In this document: positions 53,746 to 64,000 of the stretch, piece by piece | Layout: each line of letters starts with the position of its first letter | Numbering within the stretch: position 1 is the stretch's first letter | NCBI RefSeq assembly: GCF_009914755.1 | Contig: NC_060937.1 | DNA from: the human T2T-CHM13v2.0 reference genome, Homo sapiens | DNA length: 64,000 bases | Direction: 5' to 3' (one strand) | The notes under the pieces: model-generated | What the model was told of the DNA's origin: nothing | Database searches by the model: none | What the model saw: the letters and a program-made list of their open reading frames with translations, nothing else | Position numbers and translations under genes: made by a program

Positions 53746-54174
53746 TCCTGTAGTTTGGATATTTGTCCCCTGAAACCTCATGTTGAAATTTGATCTGTAA
53801 TGTTAGAAATGGGGACTAATGGGAGGTATTTGGGTCATGAAGGCAGCTCCCTCGTGAATAGATTAATCCCCTTCCTGGGGGAGGTCACATGAGTGAGATC
53901 TCACTCTCACTCTATTAGTTTCCAGAAGAGCTGGTTGATAAAAGGAGTCAGGCACCTTCCCTCTTGCCCTTGCTTCTCTCTCACCATGTGATCTCTGCAC
54001 ACGCCATCTCCCCTTCACCTTCTGCCATGAGTGGAAGCAGCCTTTGGCCCTTGCCAGGTGCAGATGCCCAATCTTGAACTTTTGCAGACATCCGGATCAT
54101 GAGCCAAATACATTATTTTCTTTTATAGACTACCCACCCTCAGGTATTCCTTTATAGTAAAACAAACTAAGACA
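53746..54174 (+). mobile_element. MST (MSTB-like) MaLR solo LTR
   Basis: TAGTTTGGATATTTGTCCCC...CTCATGTTGAAATTTGATC...CTCAGGTATTCCTTTATAG...ACTAAGACA; TSD ATGAC/ATGGC. Confidence 0.92.
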
Positions 54175-54259
54175 ATGGCACTGAGGAAAATTAGGAGGTA
54201 GATGCCAAACCTTTAAGGTGGTATGTACGTTAAAGGAAAATTTGCTTTTGAAAGCTTTT

Positions 54260-55620
<1,361 letters not shown>

Positions 55621-55834
55621 CTTGAAAACTTTTAACTATCAAAAAGTAAAATGTAATGCAACACTTTTGGTATTGTAAATCCTGTATTATTTGGCTTCCT
55701 GTGCCCGAGGTTCTCTTAAGTAACAGTGGGGAAAAATAGATTCCAAAAAACGATGACAAACAAAAATGAATGAACGAATAATGGTGGGTCTATGAGGGTA
55801 GTAGAAAAAAGAGAAAAGAAAGTTTTGAAGAGAT

Positions 55835-56050
55835 ACTCCAGGGTTTGTCATGCTTGAATGTCCACTGCAGTTCTGCCATTCCTGACCAATGAAATTTGGC
55901 CAAGCTAATGAATCAGATTGCTCATCGGTAAAATAGAGGTAATATTGCAACTATTGTATATGGTAGTAGTGACAATTAAATATCACCTGTTGTGTACTTA
56001 AAATAGTGTATGGCAGCAAGTGCTTAAGAAATGTTAGTATTTATTATCAC
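55835..56050 (+). mobile_element. MIR SINE
   Basis: TTCTGCCATTCCTGACC...TTGGCCAAGCTA...CTCATCGGTAAAATAGAGGTAATA...AAGTGCTTAAGAAATGTTAG. Confidence 0.7.
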
Positions 56051-56122
56051 TGCTTTTTATTTATCTAAATCATAATTAAGATGACAAACACTGCAAAAAG
56101 GAAAACAGATCATAATAAAGCC

Positions 56123-56124
<2 letters not shown>

Positions 56125-56152
<28 letters not shown>
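56125..56152. repeat. (TA)n(CA)n microsatellite
   Basis: Read directly. Confidence 0.9.
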
Positions 56153-56153
<1 letters not shown>

Positions 56154-57144
56154 AATATACATATCAGTATTTATAAAAATGTTCCGTTTAATCATGCAAA
56201 TAATAGGGTCTTGGTAGGCAGTCTCTTTCTATTTTCCACAAATTCAAAGCATTGTTTCTGAATAGGCTCAACTCTGACTGTAGGGCCCCTTTTTGATATC
56301 TGCAAGAATCACCAGCAACAGAATCACCAGGACACAACCTAGCATTTCAGAGTTAGAATCCTTCTGCTAGAAAGTGGAAGAAAAGGAAAGATGTCATTTA
56401 CAATGTTGATTTTAGGGACAGCTCGTTCATCTCAAAGAGATCAGGCTCCCTGCTCTCAGAAAATCTTGGGATTAGGCTTTTTTGTCCTCTTTCACGATTG
56501 CGTCCTTTTAATAAAATGAATGAATGTATCAGGAGAGGAAATAATAATTATAAAAATTTTTAATGTATTATTATTTAAGAATATATTTCCTAGAAATAAT
56601 TACTGCAAATTTTTAAGAAAGTTGAGGCTCAGATTTAAATAGATGAAAAGAATAGTCTGTTCTTAACACTTTCAACAAAGTTATAAATATGCATAGTTCT
56701 GAAGAGCTAAGATTATTTTTAATTCAACAGAAAGAAACTGATGAAATATTTGTATTCCCTGTACATGTGAGCTTGTACTGCATTTACTACCATGACATGC
56801 AGTGAGTCTAGAATTGGCCTGGATGAGTATGTCATCCCTAGGCCTGGATTCTTTTCTTGGGAATATTGAAGGGGATTCTGCTTACTGTGGGAAGAAAGTT
56901 TTCCTTTAATGATGAATTTATCTACCCGATTAAAAAAATACATATATATTTTTGGAATTTGTTGAGTGGGTTGTGTTCTTACTATTCTTGGTACACTGAC
57001 TGTGTCTCCCACATTTAGCCTACCACCTTACCTCTCAAAACAATTGTTACCAGGTACCCAAATTGTCTTTCTCCCAGTCATTATCAGTGTGTAAAGATCA
57101 TCTGAGAAGTGATAAAAGGGAGTCTTTAAAAACTTTAAGTTTTC

Positions 57145-57409
57145 CACTTTGGGAGGCCAAGGCGGGTGGAACATTTGAGGTCAGGAGTTCAAGACCAGCC
57201 TGGGCAACATGGTGAAACTCTGTCTCTACTAAAAATACAAAAATAAGCCGGGCGTGGTGGAGAGCACCCAAAATCCCAGCTACTCAGGAGGCTGAGGCAA
57301 GAGACTCGCTTGAACCTGGGAGGCAGAGATTACAGTGAGCTGAGATCGTGCCACTGCACTTCAGCCTGGGGGATAGAGTGAGATTCCATTTAAAAAAAAA
57401 AAAAAACAG
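57145..57409 (+). mobile_element. AluS SINE, 5'-truncated
   Basis: Starts CACTTTGGGAGG; TSD AAACTTTAMGTTTTC at 57130-57144 and 57410-57424. Confidence 0.93.
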
Positions 57410-57534
57410 AAACTTTACGTTTTCATTTAGAAAAGTTTTCCATGAATGTTGTGTGATTTTTTTTTTTTTTGGAATTATGAAAGCAGATGGCCTTATGGTG
57501 TAAGCACATAATCCTGACAACAGAATCCTCCTTC

Positions 57535-57662
57535 ATCACTCATTCACTTAACAAATGTAATAGTACTTATTAAGCACCACCAAATATCAGCATTGTGGTA
57601 AACACTGGGTTTACAAAGATGAAAAACATTCTTGCTTTCGAGGAACTTAACATTTGGTTGGC
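57535..57662 (-). mobile_element. L2 3' end
   Basis: CACTCATTCACTTAACAAAT...TTATTAAGCACC...AAAGATGAA...GAGGAACTTA. Confidence 0.65.
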
Positions 57663-58063
57663 TTCTAGTGTTTGGAAGCAGAGAAGCACATTGGCAAATT
57701 ATATTATTTAAATAGATTAATATTCTTTAAGAACTTATGGCAGATCATCCATACACCTTTTACCCTTAATATTGTAAAAATTACATTATTTGCAATATTA
57801 GAGTTAAAAATATTTTTATACCATTGTTTTCTTAAACTACAAAAGTTATGCATGTACACATGATTATATTAATTCAAAATAATATAAAACATACTGGTTA
57901 AAGGATGAAAAATCTTGCTTCTCATTTTTCTTTCCTTTTCTCTTCAGTTTTCTTGGCCAAAGGCAAAAAATACTAAGAGTTTAGGTGTATTCTTTGCAAG
58001 ATTTATTTAAAAAGAATGAACGTCTTGGTGTGTGTCTTCTCATCCAGGAACGTGAGGTTTTGC

Positions 58064-58532
<469 letters not shown>

Positions 58533-58682
58533 TCCAATATTTATAATTTGAATCTCTATATGTTCTAGAAAAATATAAATGCCATCTATACATAATTATA
58601 TTATCTTTATTTTTAGTGTTCATTATTTTCCCTTACTGCACTTCTTGGATCTCGAGAACAATGTTGAGAAGTAGTCATGGCG

Positions 58683-59197
58683 TTTCAGTCAAGACTTGGT
58701 TGCAAATAGCATATATTAAACTTAGCTAAACAGTGGAAGTTATTATGAGATTCACACAGTTGCAGAAAGAAGAGTCATTGTAGCTTGGCCTGAAGAACAA
58801 TCTAAATTAGTAACTGAAATTCAGCCAGCACTTGTCTCAATAGCTCAATTTTTAATTTTCCCTCTATTTTGGCCTCCGTTCTACAGCTGCTGACTTCCCC
58901 TCTACTGACGGAGATCATAGATACAGAGCTCTTCATGTTTCATATCTCAAAACTTTTGCTACCACTTGGGATTGAATCTCTTTCTTCAGCTTCAGTTCGA
59001 AAATAATCCAGAAAAGAATAATGATTTTCTTGGCTTACCTAAGAGTTTTAGCCTTAAACAATGACCTAGAGATTGGTGGCACCCTTCACCCCTACCATAT
59101 ACTTGTCTTGCTGTGGGGAGAAATTCCCTACAGAAAAGAGTTATTTTCTAGACGAAAGGAATAGTGCTGGGCAAACAAATAAAAGATGTTCACTGTA
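58683..59197 (-). mobile_element. Old MLT1 (K/L-like) LTR
   Basis: TCAGTCAAGACTTGGTTGCAAATAGC...AAACTTAGCTAA... through GTGCTGGGCAAACAAA...GATGTTCACT. Confidence 0.55.
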
Positions 59198-59233
59198 GTG
59201 GATGTCCTAATCTTTTTGATGTCTTTAAAGAGA

Positions 59234-59556
59234 GGCCGGGCGTGATGGCTCATCCCTGTAATCCCAGCTCTTTGGGAGGCGGAGGCGAGTGGGTCACGAG
59301 GTCAAGAGATAGAGACCATCCTGGCTAACATGGTGAAACCTCGTCTCTACTAAAAATACAAAAATTAGCTGGGCGTGGTGGCATGCACCTGTAGTCCTAG
59401 CTACTCGGGAGGCTGAGGCAGGAGAATCACTTGAACCTGGGAGGCGGAGGGTTACAGTTAGCTGAGATCACACCACTCCACTCCAGCCCGGGCGACAGAG
59501 TGAGACTCCATCTCAAAATAAATAAATAAATGAAAATAAATAAATAAATAAACAAT
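59234..59556 (+). mobile_element. AluSc-like SINE with (AAAT)n tail
   Basis: TCACGAGGTCAAGAGAT...GAGACCATCCTGG. Confidence 0.92.
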
Positions 59557-59769
59557 AAAGGGATTGCAGCAAATATATGTTTATGTAGTGTGATGTGTGA
59601 TAAGTGCTATAATTTTCTGGTTGATGCATTTTATAAGATAAGGAATTGGTGTTAAATATGTATATAATGTGTTTTCAGCATTTGTCTAGATGATCTTTAT
59701 ATTGTACTTTAAAGTCTATTTTATTTTATTAGGCCTTCTTTAACTTTTTAATCATGTTAACAATACTTT

Positions 59770-60527
59770 TATTTTCTTTATTTTGTTGAAGACACTTAAC
59801 TTGAGATCTAGACCCTCTTAACAAATTTTTATTTGCACAACACAGTATTGTTAACTGTAGGTACAGTGTTGTACAGGGGATCTCTAGAACTTACTCACCT
59901 TGCATAACTGAAACATTACACCCATTGAACAGCAACTGTCTCTTCCTCTCTACCCCAGCCCCTGACAACCAGCATTCTACTCTCTGTTTCTATGAGTTTG
60001 TCTATATTAGACCCTTCATGTAAGTGGAATTACGTGGTATTTGTTCTTCTGTGCCTGGCTTATTTTAGTTAGCATAACATATTCCAGATCTATTCATGCT
60101 GATGCATATAGCATAATTTCCTTCCTTCTTTTTGAAGTCTGAATAATATTCCATTGTGTGTGTGTGTATATATATATACCAGATATTATTTATCCACTTA
60201 TCCGCTGATGGACCCAGGTTGTCTTTATACCTTGGTTATTGTGAATAGCGCTACAATAAACATGGGAAAGCAGATATCTCTTTGAGATCCTGATTTCATT
60301 TTTTTTTTGTTTTTGCTATATACTCAGAAGTGGGATTGCTGGATCATATGGTAACTCCATTTTTAATTTTTTGAGGAACCTCCATATTGTTTTTCATAGT
60401 GGCAGCATCATTTTATACTCCCATGAGAAGTGCACAAGAGTTACAATTTCTCCACATCATTGCCAACACTTCTCATCTTTCTATTTTATAGTAATAGTCA
60501 TTCTAACAGGTGTGAGGTGATAGCTCG
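59770..60527 (-). mobile_element. L1MA9-like 3' region
   Basis: ACACTTAAC...GAGATCTA...CTCTTAACAAATTTT...GATCTCTAGAACTTA...GAAGTGGGATTGCTGGATCATATGG...GGTGTGAGGTGATA. Confidence 0.88.
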
Positions 60528-61199
60528 TGTCATTTTAGTATGTAAAAGGTTTTAAACAGGACCAGGCTTCTCTTGCTTTAATTCTTGCTTCCTCTGCTTT
60601 TTTTTTTTTTTTCCTCGTTTTTTTTCCTCTTCCCCTTACTCCTCCCTGTCCTCCTTTTTTTGGCTATTTCCTCCCTCTCCAAACATTGACAAACTATAGG
60701 TTTGGAAAAATATCTCTTAAAAGATCTGTTCTGATCTTTTGTTGGGGTAAAATTTAACCAATCATTTCAATTAAAAGGTATGAATAACTTGGAACAATTT
60801 CTAACTTTTTCAGCTGTAAATTTAGTAGCAGTCAGAGATGAAGAAAGCTGCAAACTGGACCAGAACACATGGACACATATTCCTCTTCTCCTCCTAGAAA
60901 AGCTGCAATCCTGTTGTGGCTCAGAGTCACCTGTAGAGTACCTATAATGCAGGTGCTATGTATATCAGCTGAGTAAAGCCATTAGCCTCTGTTTAAATCA
61001 TTTCAACTACTTTTTTCCCACCTGACAAACACAAATAGTGCAGTTTATGGTATTCTGAGATTCATAGTGATGAAGATTATTGGCATTCTGCGAAAACTCT
61101 CCTTATTATTCTAATTCACAGCAGGACTGGATTTTTTGACTTTATTTATATTTTTGTATCTTTTTTTACCAATGGGATTGAACTACAATTTTCTTGTAT

Positions 61200-62600
61200 T
61201 ACTAACCATTTACATTTTGTAATACAAGATCTTGCCAACATTGAGGGGTCTTCTGTATTTTCTATCTTATGAAAGACTTTTCTATATCATGGGAATTAAC
61301 TACATTTTGATGATTTAAAAATACTTGGAAATAAAGTTGTTGGGGGTTGATATATTTTTAAAGAGAGAGTTTTTAATCTTCTATGATTTTCCAGTCATAT
61401 TGAGTAACTTTTGTTATTTCATATTTTCTTCAAAACTTGTTTTTGTTTTTGAATTAATAGATAAAAATTGCATGTAGTAATCTCCCATCATTTATGAAAT
61501 ATTTTTCCATATCTGTAGTTATGCTGCTTTTTTCATTCTTTAAGGTGTATATTTGTGATTTCTCACTTTTTTATGGAGGCAAACTTGTGGTTTGTTACAA
61601 TAAACTCTTCAAAGAAGCAGCTATTGCTTTTATTTGTCTATTATTCTTCTTCTTACTGTTAGATTTTCTACTTGATTTATTTCTGCTTTTATCTTTGTTA
61701 ACTCCTCTCTGTGAGTTGTGCCCTATTTTATTTTTCCTTGATCTGTTAATTTTCCTTGATCCTTGAATTGAATGTCTAATTAATTTTTTCAGTCTTTTTT
61801 GTTTTCCAAAGTATATGTTTTGGATTATGCAAATTACTCTTAGTAGCACTTCAGCTCTATTCAGCAGGCTTTGATATGTAGTACTTTTCTAAATAATTTA
61901 TAATGTTAAAATTGATATTCTCTGTAACCCTACTGTTATGTTGAAGTGTGTTTTTTATATTTAAGAGGATAAATTTATTTTGTATGCTCTTTGTTTTTCA
62001 TTTCCAACAGCCAATATTCTGGCAAGATGTTTGAAGCAAGTGTGAGTCTAGTTTAAATGATCTTTCTTCAGCTTTGTGACACTTTATTTGTTTTCTTTTC
62101 TCGATTCTCTTTGTTCTCTTTCTCTGGAACTACTATTATATGGATGTCCAAAATGAGTCTAGCTTCCATGAGAAAGCTTCTCATGCTATTTCACTCTTTT
62201 TCCTTTTTGACTGCCTTCTGGGGGAACTCCTTTGGCACTATTACTAGTTAGCTTTCTAATTCAATTTTAGCTAAGTGCATTCTACTATTCACCTATCTAT
62301 GATTTTGTTTTAAAAATCAAGCAATAATTTTTCTCATTTTAATTACTTTGATTATTCCTTTCTAAATGGCAGTGTTTCTCAGGATGCCAAGTTTTATCAA
62401 ATTTCATTGTAGATACTCACCATAATTACTTAATTTTTAAAAAATTGGTTATGTGCTTGTTGAATATAGTAATTCTGTTTAGTACATTTAGTTATTTTAT
62501 AACTTTGCTTTCCTAAAATACTTAGAGATTCATGATATAATTCATTTTGTACATAAGTGTCTATGTTATTCGTTTAGTTAGGTTGAATATTTATTATAAG
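61200..62600 (-). mobile_element. Very old L1M fragments
   Basis: T-rich antisense L1-like text (CTTTCTCTGGAACTACTATTATATGGATGT); boundaries loose. Confidence 0.45.
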
Positions 62601-62813
62601 CTCCAGTTAAAATTACGTTTATCCAGCAGAAAAAAAATTTTCTAAGTTAGTAGTTATGTTACTTCTCTGTACTTAAAGTTGTTTGTCTTCTAACTTTAAA
62701 AAAAATGAGATTTGGCATAAAATTTTCTGTGATATTAGATTCTTCAAAGTACCAGTCTTTGCTGAAAAGTACCAGTACTTTTTAAATTGCTATTCAATAA
62801 AAGAAGCCTGGTT

Positions 62814-62821
62814 TCTCTCTC

Positions 62822-62856
<35 letters not shown>

Positions 62857-62877
62857 TGTGCATGTGCGTGTGTGTGT
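62814..62877. repeat. (CT)n(GT)n compound microsatellite
   Basis: Read directly. Confidence 0.95.
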
Positions 62878-63209
62878 ATACATGTGTGGTGGTAATATGT
62901 CCTCTAGAATGGAGATTTCTAGTGTCTGATTTTGTTTATAAACTACTTGTGGCCATACCCTGACTTTCTAGCTCATGCACTTCATTTATTATTTCCTAGT
63001 CAATCAGAAAACTCAGTTCTATTTGGAGAACTTGATGTCAATATTTACCTGAGGAAATTCTGACATTTGTCACCATGAAGTGGTAGATATTTTCTTAATT
63101 TATATCTCTAGATGATAGCCATGATTCATTCATTTTCCTAACCATCACTGCTTCTGGTCAGTAGTAATTCTGGATTCTCGATATACTCTTCATGGTTTCT
63201 CTCTATTGG

Positions 63210-63213
<4 letters not shown>

Positions 63214-63282
<69 letters not shown>
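63214..63282. repeat. (TC)n(TA)n compound microsatellite
   Basis: Read directly. Confidence 0.95.
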
Positions 63283-63284
<2 letters not shown>

Positions 63285-63857
63285 TTGGATATCTTTGGGG
63301 GTCTATCCGCTTTGTGTGACCCAGGAATCTTCCCCTCTTCTGGTCAACTGAAGGTACCCTTCCAGGATTTCCAGTTCTGCTATTGCTAATTTCTATTTCT
63401 TACATATCTTTAATAATTTCAAAAAGATTTTTGCTAGAGTAGAAGAAATTCATGTGTTTATCAATCTTGGTAAATGGAACTATACTTGATCTATATTTTT
63501 ACCTAGTACATATTTCCTTTAGTGATAATAATAGTTTTAACAAGTTCTGATAATACAAACTTTTTCTCAACATTTCTTAAATGGCTTAAATTACTGCAAA
63601 GATATTTCACCTCATATGACTCTGGCTAAAATACTTATTATTCACTCCACTATGGGAATCCTTCTAAGGTTGACTTTGGTTTTCTTAGACTTCTTTATAA
63701 AAGGGGTTGGGAGAGATACTAGACGGCAAATAAAATGTGGGGACTTTTTTTACTCATAAATGATCCTGAGATTGTCTCGCTCCATCATTGTTGGCCTATG
63801 CTATATTGGGCAAGTTACCAAGCTCTCTGTGCTTCTATTTGGCCATTGACTTAGATC

Positions 63858-64000
63858 AAGCGATGCTCTTCAAAATTTAGCATGACTATTAATCATCTGG
63901 ATAAATTGTTAAAATGCAGATTTTGATTTGTAGATCTGAGATATAGCCTGATCATCTGGATTTCTAGTAAGCAACCAGGTCTTGCTGGTATTGTTCTGTG
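63858..64000. mobile_element. MER5-type hAT-Charlie DNA transposon relic
   Basis: TCAAAATTTAGCATG...AATCATCTGG...TTGTTAAAATGCAGATT...ATCTGGATTTCTAGTAAGC...CCAGGT. Confidence 0.7.

Overview
AT-rich, CpG-poor primate genomic DNA (AluY copies imply a catarrhine, probably human), with no protein-coding gene I can support. Main contents: a nearly full-length but inactivated L1PB1 (+, 12333-19390, 15-bp TSD); a full-length HNRNPA1 processed pseudogene (-, ~54260-55620, TSD); 13 Alus; MaLR/ERVL solo LTRs (THE1, MST, MLT1, MLT2A); and old L1M, L2, MIR, CR1 and MER5 relics. The long YI-rich ORFs at 18-19 kb are artefacts of a TA-rich repeat. I found no evidence of a new multi-gene system. The most interesting signals are structural. 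(1) A ~1-kb composite minisatellite inside the L1 is built from a direct copy of its left flank and an inverted copy of its right flank, and ends in a 64-bp perfect palindrome. (2) A 72-bp piece of a nearby MST LTR appears copied to the 5' junction of a truncated L1. (3) Three LTRs within 3 kb each carry a DUX4-type motif. (4) Two independent Alus are truncated at the same base. Subfamily calls and consensus comparisons are from memory and need RepeatMasker/Dfam confirmation.
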